From contig OZ024758.1 in the NCBI GenBank assembly GCA_964016885.1, positions 31,496,001 through 31,560,000 on the forward strand: DNA of 64,000 nt, given 5' to 3'. The position numbers and the translations under genes are program-made. This DNA comes from Eledone cirrhosa (taxonomy: Eukaryota). Positions 1 through 12,800 of the stretch are shown here, one piece after another (the stretch's first letter is position 1; each line of letters begins with the position of its first letter). Below the pieces are notes generated by a model. It was not told where the DNA came from. It saw nothing but the letters and a program-made list of their open reading frames with translations, and did no database searches.

Positions 1-1530
1 TGGACAATAGATGTCAGCTGAGGGAAGGTCTATGTCTTACAATGGACAATAGATGTCAGCTGGGGGAAGGTCTATGTCCTACAATAGACAATAGATGACA
101 CAGCTGGGAGAAGGTCTATGTCCTACAATAGACAATAGATGTCAGCTGGGGGAAGGTCTATGTCCTACAATGGACAATAAATGACACAGCTGGGAGAAGG
201 TCTATGTCCTACAATAGACAATAGATGACACAGCTGGGGGAAGGTCTATGTCCTACAATAGACAATAAATGACACAGCTGGGAGAAGGTCTATGTCCTAC
301 AATGGACAATAAATGACACAGCTGGGAGAAGGTCTATGTCCTACAATGGACAATAAATGACACAGCTGGGAGAAGATCTATGTCCTACAATAGACAATAG
401 ATGACACAGCTGGGGGAAGGTCTATGTCCTACAATAGACAATAGATGACACAGCTGGGGGAAGGTCTATGTCCTACAATAGACAATAGATGACACAGCTG
501 GGAGAAGATCTATATCCTACAAAAGACAATAGATATCAGCTGGGGGAAGGTCTATGTCCTACAATGTACAATAGTTGACACAGCTGGGGGAAGGTCTATG
601 TCCTACAATGGACAATAGATGACACAGCTGGGAGAAGGTCTATGTCCTTCAATGGACAATAGATGACACAGCTGGGGGAAGGTCTATGTCCTACAATGGA
701 CAATAGATGACAGCTGGGGGAAGGTCTATGTCCTACAATGGACAATAGATGACACAGCTGGGGGAAGGTCTATGTCCTACAATGGACAATAGATGACAGC
801 TGGGGGAAGGTCTATGTCCTACAATAGACAATAGATGACAGCTAAGGGAAGGTCTATGTCCTACAATAGACAATAGATGACAGCTGGGGAAAGGTCTATG
901 TCCTACAATAGACAATAAATGACAGCTGGGGGAAGGTATATGTCTTACAATAGACAATAGATGTCAGCTGGGGGAAGGTCTATGTCCTACAATAGACAAT
1001 AGATGTCAGCTGGGGCAAGGTCTATGTCTTACAATAGACAATAGATGACAGCTGGGGGAAGGTCTATGTCCTACAATGGACAATAGATGTCAGCTGGGGG
1101 AACGTCTATGTCCTACAATAGACAATAGATGACTGCTGGGGAAAGGTCTATGTCCTACAATAGACAATAGATGACAGCTGGGGGAAGGTCTATGTCCTAC
1201 AATGGACAATAGATGACACAGCTGGGGGAAGGTCTATGTCCTACAATAGACAATAGATGACAGCTGGGGGAAGGTCTATGTCCTACAATGGACAATAGAT
1301 GACACAGCTGGGGGAAGGTCTATGTCCTACAATAGACAATAAATGACAGCTGGGGGTAGGTCTATGTCCTACAATGGACAATAGATGACACAGCTGGGGG
1401 GAAGGAATATGTCCTACAATGGACGATAGATGACAGCTGGGGGAAGGTCTATGTCCTACAATAGACAATAGATGACAGCTGGGGGAAGGTCTATGTCCTA
1501 CAATGGACAATAGATGTCAGCTGGGGGAAG
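1..1530 (+). repeat. Block duplicated at ~11368-12897 (offset 11367)
   Basis: ORF pairs 733/12100 and 1283/12650 are both offset by 11367. Shared rare variants are CTGAGGG, ACAAAAGAC, ATAGTTGAC, GACTGCTG and GGAATATG. Confidence 0.9.
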
Positions 1531-3373
1531 GTCTATGTCCTACAATGGACAATACATAACACAGCTGGGAGAAGGTATATGTCCTACAATAGACAATAGA
1601 TGTCAGCTGGGCGAAGGTCTATGTCCTACAATAGACAATAGATGACAGCTAAGGGAAGGTCTATGTCCTACAATGGACAATAGATGTCAGCTGGGGGAAG
1701 GTCTATGTCCTACAATAGACAATAGATGACAGCTGGGGAAAGGTCTATGTCCTACAATAGACAATAAATGACAGCTGGGGAAGGTCTATGTCTTACAATA
1801 GACAATAGATGTCAGCTGGGGGAAGGTCTATGTCCTACAATAGACAATAGATGTCAGCTGATGCAAGGTCTATGTCCTACAATAGACAATAGATGACAGC
1901 TGTTGGACGGTCTATGTCCTACAATGGACAATAGATGTCAGCTGGGGGAACGTCTATGTCCTACAATAGACAATAGATGACAGCTGGGGAAAGGTCTATG
2001 TCCTACAATAGACAATAGATGACAGCTGGGGGAAGGTCTATGTCCTACAATAAACAATAGATGTCAGCTGGGGGAAGGTCTATGTCCTACAATAGACAAT
2101 AGATGACAGCTGGGGGAAGGTCTATTTCCTACAATAAACAATAGATGTCAGCTGGGGGAAGGTCTATGTCCTACAATGGACAATAGATGACAGCTGGGGA
2201 AAGGTCTATGTCCTACAATAGACAATAGATGACAGCTGGGGGAAGGTCTATGTCCTACAATAAACAATAGATGTCAGGTGGGGGAAGGTCTATGTCCTAC
2301 AATAGACAATAGATGACAGCTGGGGGAAGGTCTATGTCCTACAATAAACAATAGATGACAGCTGGGGGAAGGTCTATGTCCTACAATAGACAATAGATGT
2401 CAGCTGGAGCAAGGTCTATGTCCTACAATAGACAATAGATGACACAGCTGGGAGAAGGTCTATGTCCTACAATGGACAATAGCGGACACAGCTAGGAGAA
2501 GGTCTATGTCCTACAATAGACAATAGATGTCAGCTGGGGGAAGGTCTATGTCCTACAATGGACAATAGATGACAACGCTGGGGGAAGGTCTATGTCCTAC
2601 AATGGACAATAGATGACACAGCTGGGAGAAGGTCTATGTCCTACAATGGAGAATAGATGACAGCTGGGGGAAGGTCTATATCCTACAATGGACAATAGAT
2701 GACACAGCTGGGAGAAGGTCTATGTCCTACAATAGACAATAGATGACACAGCTGGGAGAAGGTCTATGTCCTACAATAGACAATAGATGTCAGCTGGGGG
2801 AAGGTCTATGTCCTACAATGGACAATAGATGACACAGCTGGTAGAAGGTCTATGTCCTACAATAGACAATAGATGACACAGCTGGGGGAAGGTCTATGTC
2901 CTACAATGGACAATAGATGACACAGCTGGGGGAAGGTCTATGTCCTACAATGGACAATAGATGACACAGCTGGGGGAAGGTCTATGTCCTACAATGGACA
3001 ATAGATGACAGCTGGGAGAAGGTCTATGTCCTACAATAGACAATAGATGACAGCTGGGGGAAGGTCTATGTCCTATAATAGACAATAGATGACAGCTGGG
3101 GGAAGGTCTATGTCCTACAATAGACAATAGATGACAGCTGGGGGAGGGTCTATGTCCTGCAATGGACAATAGATGACACAGCTGGGAGAAGGTCTATGTC
3201 CTACAATAGACAATAGATGTCAGCTGGGGGAAGGTGTATGTCCTACAATAGACAATAGATGACAGCTGGGGCAAGGTCTATGTCCTACAATAGACAATAG
3301 ATGTCAGCTGGGGGAAGGTCTATGTCCTACAATAGACAATAGATGTCAGCTGGGGCAAGGTCTATGTCCGACA

Positions 3374-4870
3374 ATGGACAATAGATGTCAGCTGGGGCAA
3401 GGTCTATGTCCTACAATAGACAATAGATGTCAGCTGGGGGAAGATCTATGTCCTACAATGCACAATAGATGTCAGCTGGGGGAAGGTCTATGTCCTACAA
3501 TGGACAATAGATGTCAGCTGGGGGAAGGTCTATGTCCTACAATAGACAATAGATGTCAGCTGGGGGAAGGTCTATGTCCTACAATAGACAATAGATGTCA
3601 GCTGGGGGAAGGTCTATGTCCTACAATAGACAATAGATGACACAGCTGGGAGAAGGTCTATGTCCTACAATGGACAATAGATGTCAGCTGGGGGAAGGTC
3701 TATGTCCTACAATGGACAATAAATAACACAGCTGGGAGAAGGTATATGTCCTACAATAGACAATAGATGTCAGCTGGGCGAAGGTCTATGTCCTACAATA
3801 GACAATAGATGTCAGCTAGGAGAAGGTCTATGTCCTACAATAGACAATAGATGTCAGCTGGGGGAAGGTCTATGTCCTACAATAGACAATAGATGACAGC
3901 TGGGGCAAGGTGTATGTCCTACAATAGACAATAGATGTCAACTGGGGGAAGGTCTATGTCCTACAATAGACAATAGATGACACAGCTGGGAGAAGGTCTA
4001 TGTCCTACAATAGACAATAGATGACAGCTGGGGCAAGGTCTATGTCCTACAATAGACAATAGATGTCAGCTGGGGGAAGGTCTATGTCCTACAATGGACA
4101 ATAGATGACACAGCTGGGGGAAGGTCTATGTCCTACAATAGACAATAGATGTCAGCTGGGGGAAGGTCTATGTCCTACAATAGACAATAGATGTCAGCTA
4201 GGGGAAGGTCTATGTCCTACAATAGACAATAGATGTCAGCTGGGGGAAGGTCTATGTCCTACAATAGACAATAGATGTCAGCTAGGGGAAGGTCTATGTC
4301 CTACAATAGACAATAGATGTCAGCTGGGGAAGGTCTATGTCCTACAATAGACAATAGATGACAGCTGGAGGAAGGTCTATGTCCTACAATAGACAATATG
4401 TGTCAACTGGGGGAAGGTCTATGTCCTACAATAGACAATAGATGTCAGCTGGGGGAAGGTCTATGTCCTACAATGGACAATAGATGACACAGCTGGGAGA
4501 AGGTCTATGTCCTAGAATAGACAATAGATGTCAGCTGGGGGAAGGTCTATGTCCTACAATGGACAATAGATGACAACGCTGGGGGAAGGTCTATGTCCTA
4601 CAATGGACAATAGGTGACACAGCTGGGAGAAGGTCTATGTCCTACAATGGACGATAGATGACAGCTGGGGCAAGGTCTATGTCCTACAATAGACAATAGA
4701 TGTCAGCTGGGGGAAGGTCTATGTCCTACAATAGACAATAGATGTCAGCTGGGGGAAGGTCTATGTCCTACAATAGACAATAGATGTCAGCTGGGGGAAG
4801 GTCTATGTCGTACAATAGACAATAGATGACACAGCTGGGAGAAGGTCTATGTCCTACAATGGACAATAGA
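3374..4870 (+). repeat. Block duplicated at ~9840-11380 (offset 6466, then 6508 after one extra monomer)
   Basis: ORF pairs ending 3640/10106 and starting 4105/10571. Shared rare variants are ATGCAC, GGGCGAAG, TCAACTG, ATATGTGTC, CTAGAATAG and TAGGTGAC. Confidence 0.9.
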
Positions 4871-7800
4871 TGACACAGCTGGGGGAAGGTCTATGTCCTA
4901 CAATAGACAATAGATGACACAGCTGGGGAAAGGTCTATGTCCTACAATAGACAATAGATGACAGCTGGGGGAAGGTCTATGTCCTACAATAGACAATAGA
5001 TGACACAGCTGGGGAAAGGTCTATGTCCTACAATAGACAATAGATGACAGCTGGGGGAAGGTCTATGTCCTACAATAAACAATAGATGTCAGCTGGGGGA
5101 AGGTCTATGTCCTACAATGGACAATAGATGACAGCTGGGGAAGGTCTATGTCCTACAATAGACAATAGATATCAGCTGGGGGAAGGTCTATGTCCTACAA
5201 TGGACAATAGATGACACAGCTGGGGGGAAGGACTATGTCCTACAATGGACAATAGATGTCAGCTGGGGGAAGGTCTATGTCCTACAATGGACAATAGATG
5301 ACACAGCTGGGGGAAGGTCTATGTCCTACAATGGACAATAGATGACACAACTGGTAGAAGGTCTATGTCCTACAATGGACAATAGATGACACAGCTGGGG
5401 GAAGGTCTATGTCCTACAATGGACAATAGATGACACAGCTGGGGGGAAGGACTATGTCCTACAATGGACAATAGATGTCAGCTGGGGGGAGGTCTATGTC
5501 CTACAATGGACAATAGATGACACAGCTGGGGGAAGGTCTATGTCCTACAATGGACAATAGATGACACAGCTGGGGGGAAGGACTATGTCCTACAATGGAC
5601 AATAGATGACAGCTGGGGGATGGTCTATGTCCTACAATAGACAATAGATGTCAGCTGGGGGAAGGTCTATGTCCTACAATGGACAATAGATGACAACGCT
5701 GGGGGAAGGTCTATGTCCTACAATGGACAATAGATGACACAGCTGGGAGAAGGTCTATGTCCTACAATGGACAATAGATGACACAGCTGGTGGAAGGTCT
5801 ATGTCCTACAATGGACAATAGATGACACAGCTGGGGGAAGGTCTATGTCCTACAATAGACAATAGATGTCAGCTGGAGCAAGGTCTATGTCCTACAATAG
5901 ACAATAGATGTCAGCTGGAGCAAGGTCTATGTCCTACAATAGACAATAGATGACACAGCTGGGAGAAGGTCTATGTCCTACAATAGACAATAGATGTCAG
6001 CTGGGGGAAGGTCTATGTCCTACAATGGACAATAAATGACACAGCTGGGAGAAGGTCTATGTCCTACAATGGAGAATAGATGACAGCTGGGGGAAGGTCT
6101 ATATCCTACAATGGACAATAGATGACACAGCTGGGAGAAGGTCTATGTCCTACAATGGAGAATAGATGACAGCTGGGGGAAGGTCTATATCCTACAATGG
6201 ACAATAGATGACACAGCTGGGAGAAGGTCTATGTCCTACAATAGACAATAGATGACACAGCTGGGAGAAGGTCTATGTCCTACAATGGACAATAGATGAC
6301 ACAGCTGGGGGAAGGTCTATGTCCTACAATAGACAATAGATGTCAGCTGGAGCAAGGTCTATGTCCTACAATAGACAATAGATGTCAGCTGGAGCAAGGT
6401 CTATGTCCTACAATAGACAATAGATGACACAGCTGGGAGAAGGTCTATGTCCTACAATAGACAATAGATGTCAGCTGGGGGAAGGTCTATGTCCTACAAT
6501 GGACAATAAATGACACAGCTGGGAGAAGGTCTATGTCCTACAATGGAGAATAGATGACAGCTGGGGGAAGGTCTATATCCTACAATGGACAATAGATGAC
6601 ACAGCTGGGAGAAGGTCTATGTCCTACAATGGACAATAGATGACACAGCTGGGAGAAGGTCTATGTCCTACAATAGACAATAGATGTCAGCTGGGGGAAG
6701 GTCTATGTCCTACAATGGACAATAGATGACAACGCTGGGGGAAGGTCTATGTCCTACAATGGACAATAGATGACACAGCTGGGAGAAGGTCTATGTCCTA
6801 CAATGGAGAATAGATGACAGCTGGGGGAAGGTCTATATCCTACAATGGACAATAGATGACACAGCTGGGAGAAGGTCTATGTCCTACAATAGACAATAGA
6901 TGACACAGCTGGGAGAAGGTCTATGTCCTACAATAGACAATAGATATCAGCTGGGGGAAGGTCTATGTCCTACAATGGACAATAGATGACAACGCTGGGG
7001 GAAGGTCTATATCCTACAATGGACAATAGATAACACAGCTGGGAGAAGGTCTATGTCCTACAATGGAGAATAGATGACAGCTGGGGGAAGGTCTATATCC
7101 TACAATGGACAATAGATGACACAGCTGGGAGAAGGTCTATGTCCTACAATAGACAATAGATGACACAGCTGGGAGAAGGTCTATGTCCTACAATAGACAA
7201 TAGATGTCAGCTGGGGGAAGGTCTATGTCCTACAATGGACAATAGATGACACAGCTGGTAGAAGGTCTATGTCCTACAATGGACAATAGATGACACAGCT
7301 GGGGGAAGGTCTATGTCCTACAATGGACAATAGATGACAGCTGGGAGAAGGTCTATGTCCTACAATAGACAATAGATGACAGCTGGGGGAAGGTCTATGT
7401 CCTATAATAGACAATAGATGACAGCTGGGGGAAGGTCTATGTCCTACAATAGACAATAGATGACAGCTGGGGGAAGGTCTATGTCCTACAATGGACAATA
7501 GATGACACAGCTGGGGGAAGGTCTATGTCCTACAATGGACAATAGATGACAGCTGGGAGAAGGTCTATGTCCTACAATAGACAATAGATGACAGCTGGGG
7601 GAAGGTCTATGTCCTATAATAGACAATAGATGACAGCTGGGGGAAGGTCTATGTCCTACAATAGACAATAGATGACAGCTGGGGGAAGGTCTATGTCCTG
7701 CAATGGACAATAGATGACACAGCTGGGAGAAGGTCTATGTCCTACAATAGACAATAGATGTCAGCTGGGGGAAGGTGTATGTCCTACAATAGACAATAGA

Positions 7801-9880
7801 TGACAGCTGGGGCAGGGTCTATGTCCTACAATAGACAATAGATGTCAGCTGGGGGAAGGTCTATGTCCTACAATAGACAATAGATGTCAGCTGGGGCAAG
7901 GTCTATGTCCGACAATGGACAATAGATGTCAGCTGGGGCAAGGTCTATGTTCTACAATAGACAATAGATGTCAGCTGGGGGAAGATCTATGTCCTACAAT
8001 GGACAATAGATGTCAGCTGGGGGAAGGTCTATGTCCTACAATGGACAATAGATGTCAGCTGGGGGAATGTCTATGTCCTACAATAGACAATAGATGTCAG
8101 CTGGGGGAAGGTCTATGTCCTACAATAGACAATAGATGTCAGCTGGGGCAAGGTCTATGTCCTACAATGGACAATAGATGTCAGCTGGGGGAAGGTCTAT
8201 GTCCTACAATAGACAATAGATGTCAGCTGGGGCAAGGTCTATGTCCTACAATGGACAATAGACGACAGCTGGGGGAAGGTCTATGTCCTGCAATGGACAA
8301 TAGATGACAGCTGGGGCAAGGTCTATGTCCTACAATGGACAATAGATGTCAGCTGGGGCAAGTTCTATGTCCTACAATGGACAATAGATGTCAGCTGGGG
8401 CAAGGTCTATGTCCTACAATAGACAATAGATGTCAGCTAGGGGAAGGTCTATGTCCTACAATGGACAATAGATGTCAGCTGCGGAAAGGTCTATGTCCTA
8501 CAATGGACAATAGATGTCAGCTGGGGGAAGGTCTATGTCCTGCAATGGACAATAGATGTCACAGCTGGGGGAAGGTCTATGTCCTACAATGGACAATAGA
8601 TGTCAGCTGGGGCAAGGTCTATGTCCTACAATGGACAATAGATGTCAGCTGGGGGAAGGTCTATGTCCTACAATGGACAATAGATGTCACAGCTGGGGGA
8701 AGGTCTATGTCCTACAATGGACAATAGATGTCAGCTGGGGGAAGGTCTATGTCCTACAATAGACAATAGATGTCAGCTGGGGCAAGGTATATGTCCTACA
8801 ATGGACAATAGATGACACAGCTGGGGGAAGGTCTATGTCCTACAATGGACAATAGATGACACAGCTGGGAGAAGGTATTTGTCCTACAATGGACAATAGA
8901 TGACACAGCTGGGGGAAGGTCTATGTCCTACAATGGACAATAGATGACACAGCTGGGGGAAGGTCTATGTCCTACAATGGACGATAGATGACACAGCTGG
9001 GAGAAGGTCTATATCCTACAATGGACAAGAGATGACAGCTGGGGGAAGGTCTATGTCCTACAATGGACAATAGATGACACAGCTGGGAGAAGGTCTATGT
9101 CCTACAATGGACAATAGATGACAGCTGGGGGAAGGTCTATGTCCTACAATGGACAATAGATGTCAGCTGGGGAAAGGTCTATGTCCTACAATAGACAATA
9201 GATGTCAGCTGGGGCAAGGTCTATCTCCTATAATAGACAATAGATGACACAGCTGGGAGAAGGTCTATGTCCTACAATAGACAATAGATGACACAGCTGG
9301 GAGAAGATCTATGTCCTACAATAGACAATAGATGTCAGCTGGGGGAAGGTCTATGTCCTACAATGGACAATAAATGACACAGCTGGGAGAAGGTCTATGT
9401 CCTACAATAGACAATAGATGTCAGCTGGGGGAAGGTCTATGTCCTACAATGGACAATAAATGACAGAGCTGGGAGTAGGTCTATGTCCTACAATAGACAA
9501 TAGATGACACAGCTGGGGGAAGGTCTATGTCCTACAATAGACAATAGATGACACAGCTGGGGGAAGGTCTATGTCCTACAATAGACAATAGATGACACAG
9601 CTGGGGGAAGATCTATATCCTACAGTAGACAATAGATGTCAGCTGGGGAAGGTCTATGTCCTACAATGGACAATAGATGACACAGCTAGGGGAAGGTCTA
9701 TGTCCTACAATAGACAATAGATGTCAGCTGGGGGAAGGTCTATGTCCTACAATGGACAATAAATGACAGAGCTGGGAGAAGGTCTATGTCCTACAATAGA
9801 CAATAGATGACACAGCTGGGGGAAGGTCTATGTCCTACAATGGACAATAGATGTCAGCTGGGGCAAGGTCTATGTCCTAC
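4861..9880 (+). repeat. Block duplicated, with internal indels, at ~15830-20120 (offset 10966 falling to 10236)
   Basis: The G6-AAGGACTATG triplet at ~5220-5590 recurs at ~16190-16550. ORF pairs 7915/18151, 8335/18571 and 8556/18792 are all offset by 10236. CTATCTCCTAT and TACAGTAG variants are shared. Confidence 0.85.
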
Positions 9881-12800
9881 AATAGACAATAGATGTCAGC
9901 TGGGGGAAGATCTATGTCCTACAATGCACAATAGATGTCAGCTGGGGGAAGGTCTATGTCCTACAATGGACAATAGATGTCAGCTGGGGGAAGGTCTATG
10001 TCCTACAATAGACAATAGATGTCAGCTGGGGGAAGGTCTATGTCCTACAATAGACAATAGATGTCAGCTGGGGGAAGGTCTATGTCCTACAATAGACAAT
10101 AGATGACACAGCTGGGAGAAGGTCTATGTCCTACAATGGACAATAGATGTCAGCTGGGGGAAGGTCTATGTCCTACAATGGACAATAAATAACACAGCTG
10201 GGAGAAGGTATATGTCCCACAATAGACAATAGATGTCTGCTGGGCGAAGGTCTATGTCCTACAATAGACAATAGATGTCAGCTAGGAGAAGGTCTATGTC
10301 CTACAATAGACAATAGATGTCAGCTGGGGGAAGGTCTATGTCCTACAATAGACAATAGATGACAGCTGGGGCAAGGTGTATGTCCTACAATAGACAATAG
10401 ATGTCAACTGGGGGAAGGTCTATGTCCTACAATAGACAATAGATGACACAGCTGGGAGAAGGTCTATGTCCTACAATAGACAATAGATGACAGCTGGGGC
10501 AAGGTCTATGTCCTACAATAGACAATAGATGTCAGCTGGGGGAAGGTCTATGTCCTACAATGGACAATAGATGACACAGCTGGGGGAAGGTCTATGTCCT
10601 ACAATAGACAATAGATGTCAGCTGGGGGAAGGTCTATGTCCTACAATAGACAATAGATGTCAGCTAGGGGAAGGTCTATGTCCTACAATAGACAATAGAT
10701 GTCAGCTGGGGGAAGGTCTATGTCCTACAATAGACAATAGATGTCAGCTAGGGGAAGGTCTATGTCCTACAATAGACAATAGATGTCAGCTGGGGAAGGT
10801 CTATGTCCTACAATAGACAATAGGTGACAGCTGGGGGAAGGTCTATGTCCTACAATAGACAATAGATGACAGCTGGGGGAAGGTCTATGTCCTACAATAG
10901 ACAATATGTGTCAACTGGGGGAAGGTCTATGTCCTACAATAGACAATAGATGTCAGCTGGGGGAAGGTCTATGTCCTACAATGGACAATAGATGACACAG
11001 CTGGGAGATGGTCTATGTCCTAGAATAGACAATAGATGTCAGCTGGGGGAAGGTCTATGTCCTACAATGGACAATAGATGACAACGCTGGGGGAAGGTCT
11101 ATGTCCTACAATGGACAATAGGTGACACAGCTGGGAGAAGGTCTATGTCCTACAATGGACGATAGATGACAGCTGGGGCAAGGTCTATGTCCTACAATAG
11201 ACAATAGATGTCAGCTGGGGGAAGGTCTATGTCCTACAATAGACAATAGATGTCAGCTGGGGGAAGGTCTATGTCCTACAATAGACAATAGATGTCAGCT
11301 GGGGGAAGGTCTATGTCCTACAATAGACAATAGATGACACAGCTGGGAGAAGGTCTATGTCCTACAATGGACAATAGATGTCAGCTGAGGGAAGGTCTAT
11401 GTCTTACAATGGACAATAGATGTCAGCTGGGGGAAGGTCTATGTCCTACAATAGACAATAGATGACACAGCTGGGAGAAGGTCTATGTCCTACAATAGAC
11501 AATAGATGTCAGCTGGGGGAAGGTCTATGTCCTACAATGGACAATAAATGACACAGCTGGGAGAAGGTCTATGTCCTACAATAGACAATAGATGACGCAG
11601 CTGGGGGAAGGTCTATGTCCTACAATGGACAATAAATGACACAGCTGGGAGAAGGTCTATGTCCTACAATGGACAATAAATGACACAGCTGGGAGAAGGT
11701 CTATGTCCTACAATGGACAATAAATGACACAGCTGGGAGAAGATCTATGTCCTACAATAGACAATAGATGACACAGCTGGGGGAAGGTCTATGTCCTACA
11801 ATAGACAATAGATGACACAGCTGGGGGAAGGTCTATGTCCTACAATAGACAATAGATGACACAGCTGGGAGAAGATCTATATCCTACAAAAGACAATAGA
11901 TATCAGCTGGGGGAAGGTCTATGTCCTACAATGTACAATAGTTGACACAGCTGGGGGAAGGTCTATGTCCTACAATGGACAATAGATGACACAGCTGGGA
12001 GAAGGTCTATGTCCTTCAATGGACAATAGATGACACAGCTGGGGGAAGGTCTATGTCCTACAATGGACAATAGATGACAGCTGGGGGAAGGTCTATGTCC
12101 TACAATGGACAATAGATGACACAGCTGGGGGAAGGTCTATGTCCTACAATGGACAATAGATGACAGCTGGGGGAAGGTCTATGTCCTACAATAGACAATA
12201 GATGACAGCTAAGGGAAGGTCTATGTCCTACAATAGACAATAGATGACAGCTGGGGAAAGGTCTATGTCCTACAATAGACAATAAATGACAGCTGGGGGA
12301 AGGTATATGTCTTACAATAGACAATAGATGTCAGCTGGGGGAAGGTCTATGTCCTACAATAGACAATAGATGTCAGCTGGGGCAAGGTCTATGTCTTACA
12401 ATAGACAATAGATGACAGCTGGGGGAAGGTCTATGTCCTACAATGGACAATAGATGTCAGCTGGGGGAACGTCTATGTCCTACAATAGACAATAGATGAC
12501 TGCTGGGGAAAGGTCTATGTCCTACAATAGACAATAGATGACAGCTGGGGGAAGGTCTATGTCCTACAATGGACAATAGATGACACAGCTGGGGGAAGGT
12601 CTATGTCCTACAATAGACAATAGATGACAGCTGGGGGAAGGTCTATGTCCTACAATGGACAATAGATGACACAGCTGGGGGAAGGTCTATGTCCTACAAT
12701 AGACAATAAATGACAGCTGGGGGAAGGTCTATGTCCTACAATGGACAATAGATGACACAGCTGGGGGGAAGGAATATGTCCTACAATGGACGATAGATGA

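Noticed and set aside
2640-2700. GGAGA/TATCC pair as compensatory stem changes
   Set aside because: The two substitutions lie in adjacent monomers and each breaks its own hairpin. Their linkage reflects co-duplication.
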